From: a virus
Lineage: Duplodnaviria; Caudoviricetes
DNA: 32,298 nucleotides
Virus record (IMG/VR): IMGVR_UViG_3300007541_000102
Coordinates: 1 to 32,298 of that record
Strand: one strand, 5' to 3'
This document shows, in pieces, positions 8,880 to 17,399 of this stretch. Position 1 is the stretch's first letter. Each line of letters begins with the position of its first letter. The notes under the pieces were generated by a model. That model made no database searches, was not told the DNA's origin, and saw only the letters and a list, made by a program, of their open reading frames with translations. The translations under genes and the position numbers were made by a program.

Positions 8880-9733
8880 AATTTTCTCATAACCTTTCTT
8901 TCATACTCTACAGTCAACCGTTTAGGTTTACCCAAGAAATCACTAATGTTCTTACTTAGTGAAAAAATATTGTTTGGTTTATCTCTAAACGGAGACACCT
9001 TTAAAGCTTGTGGGTTATGGTAAGTAGTAATACCTTCCGGACTCACAACAACCATAGGTCTATTAAAGTTTCTTGCAATATAGTGCCACATACCATCATA
9101 ACAAAAAACGAGTCTACACGTAGATATGTGATACATAGCTTCTCTTACAGGAGTTCTGTAACTCAATTCTACAATGTTCATCCCCGCTCGGCGAAGAAGC
9201 TTTATTATATCACGCCATTCGCTATCTGTCAAGAAGTTTTTCCAAGAACGAGGAGTTTCCGCATTGAACTGCGGCGTCCAGACTACGACTTTCTTAGTGT
9301 CTATTTCACGGTAAGCGTCTCTACGGAAAGTCCAATCATTGATGGGAGCGTCTGAACCCTCCTCATCTGAGTATGAACCAGATTCAAACCAGAATCTAGC
9401 CTTGGGGATTTGTCGTGTGATTACTCTAGGTTTGTGAGAGTCTTCCGGATAGATTACATCATCCGAAAATTTCCAATCGGTGTATCGATCTGTTGAATTG
9501 AAAACATGAGAAACTACCACATCGTCTTTTCGGTGGTAGAAGTTGTGAATGTAATCTAGTCTTTCGATTATGGTCTCAGGGTCTTCAGGGTGATGAAGAT
9601 AGTCTTCCCCGTGTTCCCAGTGAAATTCTAGATTAACTTTGAGTTTTCGGTCAGCGGAATAATTGTGGGCGCTGTTGAGCGCCCACATAAAATCACCAAC
9701 TCCTGGCGTACCTCGCCAAGTAATTTTCTCCAT
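8867..9733 (-). CDS. Putative GT-B fold glycosyltransferase (GT9/heptosyltransferase-like)
   Basis: N-terminal GVGD, RSW..., and C-terminal VFCYDGMWHYIA..NRPMVVV, comparable to GT9 'DSG.mHlA....P.v.l'. Confidence 0.55.
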   Translation of the reverse strand: MEKITWRGTPGVGDFMWALNSAHNYSADRKLKVNLEFHWEHGEDYLHHPEDPETIIERLDYIHNFYHRKDDVVVSHVFNSTDRYTDWKFSDDVIYPEDSHKPRVITRQIPKARFWFESGSYSDEEGSDAPINDWTFRRDAYREIDTKKVVVWTPQFNAETPRSWKNFLTDSEWRDIIKLLRRAGMNIVELSYRTPVREAMYHISTCRLVFCYDGMWHYIARNFNRPMVVVSPEGITTYHNPQALKVSPFRDKPNNIFSLSKNISDFLGKPKRLTVEYERKVMRKLWAT

Positions 9734-9748
9734 AACGAAGTTTACTCT

Positions 9749-10081
9749 TTAGTTCTTTTTCAGTGCATCGGCTCCGAAGAAGGCTGATACCAATACCGCA
9801 ATTGATGCAAAGTATGTAGGTGCAATATCTGCAATTAAGGTTGCCGCAGTCTCCAGACCAAGTACCGAAGTTACTGCAATACCAATTGGATACACCAGAA
9901 GACCGATAAGGGAGAACCAAGCCATCTTACGGATTGCATCTCTCTGTGCATCTTTATCTTCTAGTTCTCTTCTTTTGAACTCAAGATGCATCTCAAGTTC
10001 CGCTTTAGAGATGTGACCATCGCCGTCTACGTCAGCAACACCTAAGTCACTGTCTCTATCTATAGTTAGTTTTTCCGACAT
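9749..10081 (-). CDS. Small membrane protein with EF-hand-like loop and two TM helices (holin-like candidate)
   Basis: Canonical 12-residue loop DVDGDGHISKAE, two hydrophobic segments and a basic C-terminus. Confidence 0.7.
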   Translation of the reverse strand: MSEKLTIDRDSDLGVADVDGDGHISKAELEMHLEFKRRELEDKDAQRDAIRKMAWFSLIGLLVYPIGIAVTSVLGLETAATLIADIAPTYFASIAVLVSAFFGADALKKN

Positions 10082-10117
10082 CAGGTTCCCCTTCTTGTTG
10101 TGGTTGAATGTCGAATT

Positions 10118-10125
10118 TATTTATA
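10118..10125 (-). promoter_or_regulatory. T4-type late promoter TATAAATA
   Basis: Exact TATAAATA in the intergenic gap 36 bp upstream of the 10081 start. Confidence 0.8.
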
Positions 10126-10126
10126 A

Positions 10127-10474
10127 CTATTCTGTTTTAAAACCAACACTTTCCCGTTCAATATCGTCATGATTGAACTCCGCCCAATACAATTCGTAGG
10201 CGACACCTTCTTCAAGACATTCGAATTGATGATATTCGCCAGGCGGAACCTTGGTGTATTGTCCGGCTTCTAGAATGGTTTCATCAACAAGATCATACGA
10301 GTTCTTCCACACCCGAATCAGCAGACGGCCTGACTCACAGAAGAATCCGTTCCACTTGTACTTGTGTTTGTGTTTTGAACACACCCCGCCTGTTTTCATT
10401 TCAATACGGTGGAACTCTAGTACACCGTTTGCTTCGATCAGTTCTGTCTGACCCCAAACTTTCCCTGCTTTCAT
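10127..10474 (-). CDS. Small cupin (mannose-6-phosphate isomerase-like)
   Basis: K.WG, CSKHKH..K.N.F...SG and VPPGEYHQF. Confidence 0.8.
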   Translation of the reverse strand: MKAGKVWGQTELIEANGVLEFHRIEMKTGGVCSKHKHKYKWNGFFCESGRLLIRVWKNSYDLVDETILEAGQYTKVPPGEYHQFECLEEGVAYELYWAEFNHDDIERESVGFKTE

Positions 10475-10475
10475 T

Positions 10476-11978
10476 TTAAAATACCTTTACGTTATATGTG
10501 CTTTCCCAAATCTTTGCATCGTTAAGGTCATCAACCATAGGTCTACCTCTCACATTCAAACTGGTGTTCAACAACATAGGAACTCCAGTTCTTTCATAAT
10601 ATTCCTCAATTATCTTACGGAACACGGATTGACAGTCCTTGCGGACAATCTGTACTCGTGCAGTACCATCCACATGGGTAACTGAATTATAATCATGTAA
10701 CGCCTTAGAGGTGTACTGCATGTACTCGTTCATAGGGCCATCGAAGTATTGATCTGCATACTCTTCCAGAATTGCAGGCGCAAACGGACGATACTTCTGT
10801 CTACGTTTGATCTCGTTCACCGTGTCCTTAACATCGAACCGAACGTCTGCAATCAAAGACCGATTACCCAACGCACGTGGCCCAAACTCAGCTCTACCGT
10901 TTGCAACACCACAGTATCGATGTTCCAGAAGGTGGTCTACGACCTCACTAGGGTTGATCTCACGGTCAATATTTGTACCCAAGTATGGAGTCCACTTAAC
11001 GTGTGTTCCTCCTGTCTCCTGCGCCCATGTACGTGCAGCGCATCCCAGAGACGAACCTGAGTCCGCTGGAGCGATTGCGATATGTACCTCATCAAACATG
11101 AGTCTTATTTTGGAATTAACAACAACGTTCTGAGCACACCCACCAGAGTAGACCAGTTTACTTCCGTACTTACGTGCCTCTTGCATAATCTCTAGGATTA
11201 CACGTTCTGCAAATGCCTGCACAGATGCAGCTGCGTTCTCAGGTAGTGTGTTTTGGACTTTCTTTTTTAACTCTTCACGGAAAATCTTTCTACGCCGTTC
11301 CCTATCTGAAGATTCTTCTCCAATTAGAATTCCCAACTTTATTTCCTCAGCGATGTCTGAGAAACTATGATATCGTTCATAGAGCCAGTCAGAGAATTCG
11401 TCTTGACCATAGGAAGAAAGACCCATGACCACATATTCATCTTCAAGAGGCTTCAGTCCAAGGAACAGGGTAACCATACCATAAATCAGACCAACCGACT
11501 TAGGGTAATGAGTTTCTTTAATTAGGTTGAAGTTGTGATCCATGATGACGGCCGTCTGGACTTCACCAGCACCATCAATTGAAACCATCACAGTATCTTC
11601 AGAGGATTGCCACGGACGGGTATAGTATGCACCAGCACAATGAGACTCGTGGTGCAAGTGATGTTTGTCGTATACAAGAGAACCGTATACTGGAATTCTT
11701 TCGTGACGATTTAGATGTTGGGCATGAGCGTTTCTGTCATTCCCCTCTACAACTATTCCGCCCCGAATACCGTATTTGATCTCGTGGTCTTCGTAGAAAG
11801 TGACAACTTCATCTTTTTCTTGACCAATGAAATTCCAGAGACTATCTGGAATAACGGCGTCATTCTTTTTCTTTGACCATCGTTCTGCATGTGTAGCATA
11901 AGAGACAGTGCCATCCTCTTCGATGATACTGACTCCCGCATCATGATAGAACTCAGAGAATCCTACATATCTTGTCAT
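10476..11978 (-). CDS. Carbamoyltransferase (CmcH/NodU/TobZ family)
   Basis: YHDAG, HHESH, IDGAGE, VMGLSSYG, SGGCAQN, GRAEFGPRALGNRS, RPFAP, HVDGTARVQ and LLNTSLN. Confidence 0.95.
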   Translation of the reverse strand: MTRYVGFSEFYHDAGVSIIEEDGTVSYATHAERWSKKKNDAVIPDSLWNFIGQEKDEVVTFYEDHEIKYGIRGGIVVEGNDRNAHAQHLNRHERIPVYGSLVYDKHHLHHESHCAGAYYTRPWQSSEDTVMVSIDGAGEVQTAVIMDHNFNLIKETHYPKSVGLIYGMVTLFLGLKPLEDEYVVMGLSSYGQDEFSDWLYERYHSFSDIAEEIKLGILIGEESSDRERRRKIFREELKKKVQNTLPENAAASVQAFAERVILEIMQEARKYGSKLVYSGGCAQNVVVNSKIRLMFDEVHIAIAPADSGSSLGCAARTWAQETGGTHVKWTPYLGTNIDREINPSEVVDHLLEHRYCGVANGRAEFGPRALGNRSLIADVRFDVKDTVNEIKRRQKYRPFAPAILEEYADQYFDGPMNEYMQYTSKALHDYNSVTHVDGTARVQIVRKDCQSVFRKIIEEYYERTGVPMLLNTSLNVRGRPMVDDLNDAKIWESTYNVKVF

Positions 11979-12578
11979 TTATCCCTCTAGATAATCGTAA
12001 ATGTCTTTCCAGTTTTTCATCAACGGGAAAGGACAATCGTCCATGTTGTAACCATGTTCCATTACGATACTATCTAGACCTAACTTATCTCCAACGTAGG
12101 CGTTCTCAATCTTGTCTTCAACCCAGACGTAGTTCTTACCTTTGTAGACGGCAAGAGCATCGTCCTTATCAGCACCAGTGTCAAGACAGACAACCTTCGC
12201 AAAGGCCGTGTCACCGAACAACTTTGCGAGGTTCTGTACCCGCAACTTCTGTGCATGGGGATCAAGACTCAAACTCGTAATCGCATGGAAGACATATCCA
12301 TGTTCTTCATGCAACTTCCGAACGTAGTGCATGGCATCCCGAAGAGGGGGAAGGAAACCAATGGCAGCACTCTCGTTGAACTGCCGTACCAAGTCCTTGG
12401 CAAAAGGCTTGTCAATACCGTAACAATCAGCGATATCGTAGACATTCCGATTGTTCATCACATAACCCTTCTGGTTCATCCAGACATCGAAGGCGTATCC
12501 CCAGTTCAGGAGAACACCGTCACAGTCAACCAGAATCACCTTTTCATAATCATCATTCATTTTCATTCCTTTTCTCAC
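11979..12578 (-). CDS. HAD-superfamily hydrolase (T4 gp30.2-like / 5'-nucleotidase-like)
   Basis: DxDG motif ILVDCDGVL, ITS, K and WVEDK. The true start may be a few codons later (MKM/MNDD). Confidence 0.85.
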   Translation of the reverse strand: MRKGMKMNDDYEKVILVDCDGVLLNWGYAFDVWMNQKGYVMNNRNVYDIADCYGIDKPFAKDLVRQFNESAAIGFLPPLRDAMHYVRKLHEEHGYVFHAITSLSLDPHAQKLRVQNLAKLFGDTAFAKVVCLDTGADKDDALAVYKGKNYVWVEDKIENAYVGDKLGLDSIVMEHGYNMDDCPFPLMKNWKDIYDYLEG

Positions 12579-12587
12579 TACATTGTC

Positions 12588-12616
12588 ATAGTACTATATG
12601 GGGCAGGAATTGGCAA
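12588..12616 (-). promoter_or_regulatory. Sigma70-type early promoter TTGCCA-N17-TACTAT
   Basis: AAAAAAACGC-TTGCCA ATTCCTGCCCCATATAG TACTAT in an intergenic gap; same upstream flank as the promoter at 18046-18074. Confidence 0.75.
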
Positions 12617-12625
12617 GCGTTTTTT

Positions 12626-13543
12626 TCAAGAAAAGTGACAAATATCTCCAGCTTCTGGCCAGTCATCGGGGGGTAGGAGGGGGAATTTACCGTCTCTGTA
12701 CCCGTCTACCATGACCACCTTATTACCGCCTCCCGTGTAGTGTAGGAAGTTGGCGGACAGGGCCTTCTCGCCCCAAGGGTCTTTGTAGTGGGTGGGGGTG
12801 TCGTTCCATTTCTGGTCTAGGGTCTGGACATCAAAGTCATGTTTCATAAACTGACCAGACAGGTAAGGTTGGTCATTCATGATTGACATGTGTTTCTGAG
12901 GGCCTTCGAAGAACCACCACTTCCAATCATCAAACACCTCACGGGCCCGTAGGCGGGCCTCACGTGTCCATACGACCACGCCAGTGTTCATGACGGTTAT
13001 CTTCGAAGGGTGATTTGGGGGAAGGGCAGGGATCAGGGGTACACCGTGCCACTCATACTTCTCACGGTAGTCGTTGTAGGTCTTATCGTTGTAGTCCCAA
13101 GCGTTGTATCCACCAGCATTTTCTGTACGGATGTCAGACTCTAAAACACCACAGACTTCTCCATCACATTCGTCAAAGATATTGTCTGTGGTGTTTACTA
13201 CGATATCGGTATCAACAAAGAGAACCTTGTCGTACTTGTCGAAGGACTCATCATAAACGACACGTAAACATTCGAACAAACAAACCGTAGTGTCCTTTGC
13301 GTATTCTTCCTTGGTGAATACCGCTTGGTCTGAATACAAGTAATCCGCACCAATTTGTTTGGCGTAGATTTCAAAAGACTTACGGGAGATATCAGCCATC
13401 TCCCTGTACAGTTGAGAACGTGAACGTCCTTCAACGTCTCCCCGTTTCTGATCTAAGTCATCATTGATAACTAGATACTGAAAGATCAAGTTTGTATTTG
13501 GGTTTTCTCTTTGAGTCATAATGCATTTTTCCTTCAAACCCAT
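12626..13543 (-). CDS. GT-A fold glycosyltransferase (GT8/GT34-like)
   Basis: FVDTDIVV, MNTGVVV, NDQPYL, KWN and FLHYTG. The start may be at 13519 (MTQREN). Confidence 0.85.
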   Translation of the reverse strand: MGLKEKCIMTQRENPNTNLIFQYLVINDDLDQKRGDVEGRSRSQLYREMADISRKSFEIYAKQIGADYLYSDQAVFTKEEYAKDTTVCLFECLRVVYDESFDKYDKVLFVDTDIVVNTTDNIFDECDGEVCGVLESDIRTENAGGYNAWDYNDKTYNDYREKYEWHGVPLIPALPPNHPSKITVMNTGVVVWTREARLRAREVFDDWKWWFFEGPQKHMSIMNDQPYLSGQFMKHDFDVQTLDQKWNDTPTHYKDPWGEKALSANFLHYTGGGNKVVMVDGYRDGKFPLLPPDDWPEAGDICHFS

Positions 13544-13610
13544 ACTTGACTAGGTTTTTATGTTTGTTACGTTTCTTGTTTCGGTTGTCGTGACGAGAGT
13601 ACTTCGCCAT
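13461..13610 (-). CDS. Small basic hypothetical protein (49 aa)
   Basis: Below the ORF-track cutoff: MAKYSRHDNRNKKRNKHKNLVKYGFEGK..., with an AGGAAGGA RBS. It overlaps the 5' end of the glycosyltransferase. Confidence 0.6.
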   Translation of the reverse strand: MAKYSRHDNRNKKRNKHKNLVKYGFEGKMHYDSKRKPKYKLDLSVSSYQ

Positions 13611-13635
13611 GATTATCCTTCCTGTAGTTTATATA

Positions 13636-14136
13636 TTAGACATACTTCTCGTAGTCATTGTTAGGATCGAAATCCGTGACTACTTGATAGCGGGTAGACT
13701 TACCGTCCTTGAACGCAATAAGTTTCTGCCCTCTATTCTTTCCGTCTGATCTAACTGAAGCATGAACCCAACCAGAGTTTGCACCTTCAGCGGGATTGTA
13801 GAACTCAAGAATGACCTGATCAAACGTACAATTCTCAGCAATCCAATCAGCAAGAACGATGTTAGGAACACCGTTGATTTCCATGTCCACAGCCTGACCA
13901 TTGCAGTGCTGTGAAGTTTTCGAACCACCAACCGCAACGTTAAGAGCAGGCGAACGATAACCACTGTTGATTGTAACGGGTTTACCGAACGCTTCTCTAA
14001 CGGGTTGGCAAATATTCTGTACAACGTACTTCAGGTTTTCCATGTGCTCACCCTGAGGCGTGTTGTCAATACCACGTTTTGTGGCTGTTGCAGATTTCGT
14101 GAATTCTGCTAATACGAAATTCTCGCTAAGTTTCAT
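13636..14136 (-). CDS. Peptidase M15A family Zn peptidase (probable endolysin)
   Basis: LSENF...EF, INSGYRS..LN..VGG..TSQH..GQAVD and WVH (Zn ligands H, D, H). Confidence 0.9.
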   Translation of the reverse strand: MKLSENFVLAEFTKSATATKRGIDNTPQGEHMENLKYVVQNICQPVREAFGKPVTINSGYRSPALNVAVGGSKTSQHCNGQAVDMEINGVPNIVLADWIAENCTFDQVILEFYNPAEGANSGWVHASVRSDGKNRGQKLIAFKDGKSTRYQVVTDFDPNNDYEKYV

Positions 14137-14147
14137 AATTGTTTCCT

Positions 14148-14843
14148 TTATTCTTTATGACCTAACATTTCCTTAGTCATGATATAATCTCGTACAAAGT
14201 CAGACCTCACAATATCCGACCACGTAAATTCGACTGTTGTAAATCCAGTCATATTATCTATAATATCAAGGAACTTTATAAGTCCTTTTTTGTCCATGTC
14301 CTTAGTGAAGTCCGATTGTCGGTAGTCTCCAGAGAAAATAATTCTACAGTTGGTTCCTACTCTTGTTATAATCGAATCAAGTTCATGGAAAGTTAAATTC
14401 TGCATTTCGTCAACGATGATCACAGCATCGTTGAGTGTGAATCCTCTAATGAAAGAAGTTGACAGGAACTCGATAGCTCCTTCCTTGGTCAACTTATCGT
14501 ATGCTTCATGATCGTCAAACAGTTCTGCACACAAGGCACGATAGGGGCCAGTGTAGGCATCAATCTTTTCTTCAAGAGAGCCAGGCAAAAAACCAATCTC
14601 ACGTGTGGGTACGATAGACCTCACCACGATGACTTTATCAATTCGGTTTTGTTTATCTAATGCTTCTTCCAACCCAAGATACAATGCGGTAAAAGTTTTA
14701 CCCGTACCAGCAGAACCAGACATCACGATGTGGTGTCCCTTGTCCCATGCGGCATAAACCTGTTCTTGAGCTTGAGTGATTGGTTCGAAGGTGTTTAGAT
14801 CGTCAATCCTTAACTTCTGCGGCAACGTTCTTTCTCTTCTCAT
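14148..14843 (-). CDS. phoH: PhoH family ATPase
   Basis: GSAGTGKT, IGFLPG, RGFT, IVDEMQN, TRVG, GDYRQSD and DIVRS. Confidence 0.95.
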   Translation of the reverse strand: MRRERTLPQKLRIDDLNTFEPITQAQEQVYAAWDKGHHIVMSGSAGTGKTFTALYLGLEEALDKQNRIDKVIVVRSIVPTREIGFLPGSLEEKIDAYTGPYRALCAELFDDHEAYDKLTKEGAIEFLSTSFIRGFTLNDAVIIVDEMQNLTFHELDSIITRVGTNCRIIFSGDYRQSDFTKDMDKKGLIKFLDIIDNMTGFTTVEFTWSDIVRSDFVRDYIMTKEMLGHKE

Positions 14844-15076
14844 GTTTTAATGGTGTTTCCTTTACCGGAACCTTTTTTGATTCTATCCAGATGATTTCTC
14901 CACTCGTTTCCTGCTTGTCTCAAGGGTGTCTTGCTGCTTGAGATGAGGCCAGGCACACCATCATAGTAACGTTCTAAATTTGGATTGTCGGATAGATACT
15001 GATCATAATCGGAAATCCGGAGGATCACTTCCGCAATCGCTCCGGTTTCCTTGTTTCTAAAACTATAAATCGGCAT
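14840..15076 (-). CDS. FmdB-like small protein (MP.Y.F family, lacking Cys)
   Basis: MPIYSFRNKETG...W...L..IKK.SG..NTI. This type of gene typically precedes phoH in T4-like phages; ATGA overlap with phoH. Confidence 0.7.
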   Translation of the reverse strand: MPIYSFRNKETGAIAEVILRISDYDQYLSDNPNLERYYDGVPGLISSSKTPLRQAGNEWRNHLDRIKKGSGKGNTIKT

Positions 15077-15094
15077 AATTTACATCACACTTAA

Positions 15095-15147
15095 TTATCA
15101 ACCTCACTACGACACCTTGCGGTGAAGAGATAGGATCACCTTCCTTA
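15095..15147 (-). ncRNA. Candidate structured RNA element with extended anti-SD complement and GCAA-tetraloop hairpin
   Basis: Minus strand TAAGGAAGGTGATCC is complementary to the 16S 3' end GGAUCACCUCCUUA with one extra base, followed by CACC-GCAA-GGTG. Confidence 0.35.
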
Positions 15148-15318
15148 TTTTGATTGAGTGAATTTAGGTTCTACTTCTAAAATAGTTTGATTGAGGAACT
15201 CACGTTTAGCCATTAGTTTATGCGCCTTCTGAGTTTTACCCCTTTTATTGAGACTCGCAATATAATGATCTAATTCCCGACTGTCTCGTTTTAATCGTTC
15301 TATTTGAGTTGATGTCAT
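15145..15318 (-). CDS. Small hypothetical protein (57 aa)
   Basis: Below the ORF-track cutoff: MTSTQIERLKRDSRELDHYIASLNKKGK...SK*, with a TAGGAG RBS. Confidence 0.75.
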   Translation of the reverse strand: MTSTQIERLKRDSRELDHYIASLNKRGKTQKAHKLMAKREFLNQTILEVEPKFTQSK

Positions 15319-15340
15319 AGCACTCCTATTAAGTAGAGGG

Positions 15341-15778
15341 TTAGAGTTTAATTAAGTTTGGAAATGCCTCCTGTACAGTTTGCTTGGTTAAACCTTTCAC
15401 AGGCGCCTTCTTAGCGACCATCGAAAGAACAACTTCCGCATCAGACGGATGGATGGATTCCAACATGTCTATGAACATCTTTTCACGTCTGAATGAGGGA
15501 AGAGTGGAGCCAGGCCCGCCCTGAACAAAGTACCCAAAGTCTTTGTGCTTTTTGAGTAGTGTCGAAGGTACGGACTCCGGAATATTTGGAGTATAAGGTG
15601 GTTTACCTTCAGGGAGAAGGAAAACGAGTTTATCGTCAAAGGTGCCTCGTAGTACATCTGTAAACGCAGCAACGTCCTTATATTTCAGCAGAACCTTGAT
15701 ACGTTCCGCTTTCGTTTTAGCTTTTCCAACTTCTTGGAAAATTTCGAATACTTGTGTGGGTTCGCCAGTATAAGCCAT
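15341..15778 (-). CDS. Conserved T4-like phage hypothetical protein
   Basis: Motifs LPEG.PPY, RRE.MFI.MLES.HP.DAE. Probable start MAYTGE (15778); the ORF track extends to 15814. Confidence 0.8.
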   Translation of the reverse strand: MAYTGEPTQVFEIFQEVGKAKTKAERIKVLLKYKDVAAFTDVLRGTFDDKLVFLLPEGKPPYTPNIPESVPSTLLKKHKDFGYFVQGGPGSTLPSFRREKMFIDMLESIHPSDAEVVLSMVAKKAPVKGLTKQTVQEAFPNLIKL

Positions 15779-15810
15779 AATTTTCTCACTGTATATTAGT
15801 ATATAGGGTT

Positions 15811-16017
15811 TCAACCATCTCCAGAAGCGATATATTTTGAGAATTCATCGAAATCCGTTAGGATTTGATCGTACTCGCTTTTCGCAACTTGGATAGCATA
15901 ATTAGAGTTGGGCCCGAAACGAGCCCGAACCTTTTCCTCAACAACTGAAAAGGGTTCGTTAAAGTTATCACAAACCAATTCTTGGACTTCAAAAACAAAC
16001 TGACCCATCTTACTCAT
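15811..16017 (-). CDS. Small hypothetical early protein
   Basis: Probable start MSKMGQFV with a GAGGA RBS; the ORF track extends to 16032. Confidence 0.7.
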   Translation of the reverse strand: MSKMGQFVFEVQELVCDNFNEPFSVVEEKVRARFGPNSNYAIQVAKSEYDQILTDFDEFSKYIASGDG

Positions 16018-16225
16018 CAGGATTTTCCTCAACAGTTATACGATACTTAGTACCGTTTAAATCTACAATATCTAGGGTCTTCTTGGTAGACAGGAAGACA
16101 CCATCAGCATTTAAATCCATAGTAACATAACCAACTTCTTTTGTAAAGCTCTCCCCGTACAATTCTGCACTAGGGAGAACCTTCTTAATGAAGTCAGCAA
16201 TGAAATCACAATAAACTAGGTTCAT
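16010..16225 (-). CDS. Small hypothetical early protein
   Basis: 71 aa, GGAGG RBS, ATGA overlap. Confidence 0.75.
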   Translation of the reverse strand: MNLVYCDFIADFIKKVLPSAELYGESFTKEVGYVTMDLNADGVFLSTKKTLDIVDLNGTKYRITVEENPDE

Positions 16226-16443
16226 GCTACCTCCATGAAAAATTCTTTGTTCTCTTTGAAATAGACGCCCTTGGGAACGATCAACTTCTCAATCATCACC
16301 CAGTCTTCGGCAGTCATACGGTTACCGTAGTCTTCACACTCAGTCACCTTGAGAAGATAGGCAACGGCCTCCTTCGCAGTGTCAAACGACTTCATATCCT
16401 TATCACGGTTTAGGTAGGGTTTCGCAATATACATTAGGCACAA
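16222..16443 (-). CDS. Small hypothetical early protein
   Basis: Fits the tiling of the operon; the start may be MYIAKP. Confidence 0.7.
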   Translation of the reverse strand: MCLMYIAKPYLNRDKDMKSFDTAKEAVAYLLKVTECEDYGNRMTAEDWVMIEKLIVPKGVYFKENKEFFMEVA

Positions 16444-16739
16444 GCTCCATACTGATTATATTCTTTAATGTTTGGCATTTCAAGGATGATGTCCCGAACA
16501 CGTTCACGGTCAACGGAGTCACCATCGCCCCATTCCATGAAGTTCTCAGGGTCACAACACATCTTGAGGTATTCTACAATAGCGACCTCAACGTCAGCAT
16601 CAGTCAAACCCAGAATCGGGTAGAGACCGTTCCACTCGCTGTAAAACAAGAGGACGTATTCCTTGAACTCGACAAGGACAGGATTCTTAGAAAAGGCGAT
16701 ACAGTTGGTAATCATCACAAATCTCCTTAAGCGTACCAA
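16434..16739 (-). CDS. Small hypothetical early protein
   Basis: Contains W..GDSVDRE.VRDI. A TAAGGAG RBS near 16725 suggests the true start is about 16715-16718. Confidence 0.7.
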   Translation of the reverse strand: MVRLRRFVMITNCIAFSKNPVLVEFKEYVLLFYSEWNGLYPILGLTDADVEVAIVEYLKMCCDPENFMEWGDGDSVDRERVRDIILEMPNIKEYNQYGACA

Positions 16740-17296
16740 GAGCGGTAGTAGGAACGGTTCTCGTCAGCAGGACGGGCGGAAGAGTAAGAACTGGTCTTGA
16801 AACCACCGTAGTTGTCAATTCGCTTCTTCATCTCAGAACCAATGAAGGCGTCACGGACAGGGAACACGTTGTCAGCCATACCGTGACTCATCTGCGAACC
16901 GTCTTCACTCCGACACGCAATCTCACGGACGATCACAGTCTTCGCAGAAGGCTTCGCAACGACTTGGTAGAAGTCAACGTTGGTCTGTTCGTAACCCCAA
17001 GAGTCAATGAAGATGTCACCGATCTTGACCGCAGCGGCCTTCTCAGCAGCTTCTGCCTTGACCTTCAACTTACGAGCGGCACGAAACTCTTGAGCAGCGA
17101 TCTTGTCGTTGATGTACTTAGCGCAGTATTCGTACAGACGCTCAACAGAAGCGAAGCGGTAGTTGAATACGATCTTGTAACCGAACTTCGCACGGGCAGA
17201 GAACCGGACACACGAGGCGACCTTACGGTCTTCATCGATCTCCAACTGGAGGCCTTGGGCAGCGAAGTTTTCAATCATCATTTGTTTCATAATCAT
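16727..17296 (-). CDS. Hypothetical early protein (SWGYEQTNVDFYQV family)
   Basis: First gene after the promoter at 17322-17350; conserved-looking GDIF..SWGYEQTNVDFYQVV; strongly biased codons. Confidence 0.85.
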   Translation of the reverse strand: MIMKQMMIENFAAQGLQLEIDEDRKVASCVRFSARAKFGYKIVFNYRFASVERLYEYCAKYINDKIAAQEFRAARKLKVKAEAAEKAAAVKIGDIFIDSWGYEQTNVDFYQVVAKPSAKTVIVREIACRSEDGSQMSHGMADNVFPVRDAFIGSEMKKRIDNYGGFKTSSYSSARPADENRSYYRSWYA

Positions 17297-17321
17297 CTCT
17301 CTCTCATCACGTTACATATAC

Positions 17322-17350
17322 ATAATAACCAAGCTGGCAGGAAAAGTCAA
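17322..17350 (-). promoter_or_regulatory. Sigma70-type early promoter TTGACT-N17-TATTAT
   Basis: GC-TTGACT TTTCCTGCCAGCTTGGT TATTAT with AT-rich upstream sequence and the conserved leader ATGTAACGTGATGAGAG. Confidence 0.8.
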
Positions 17351-17399
17351 GCATTATTTTCAAAATAAGCGAAAAAAGATTCCTAATGAAATCAATGAC

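Noticed and set aside
10476-11978. Definite DNA-hypermodification (5hmC carbamoylation) system
   Set aside because: No hydroxymethylase, TET/JBP or similar base-modifying gene is in the window; the target cannot be determined from this sequence.
15133-15147. 16S rRNA gene fragment
   Set aside because: Only the terminal 14-15 nt match and the flanks are not rRNA-like; treated as a regulatory motif instead.
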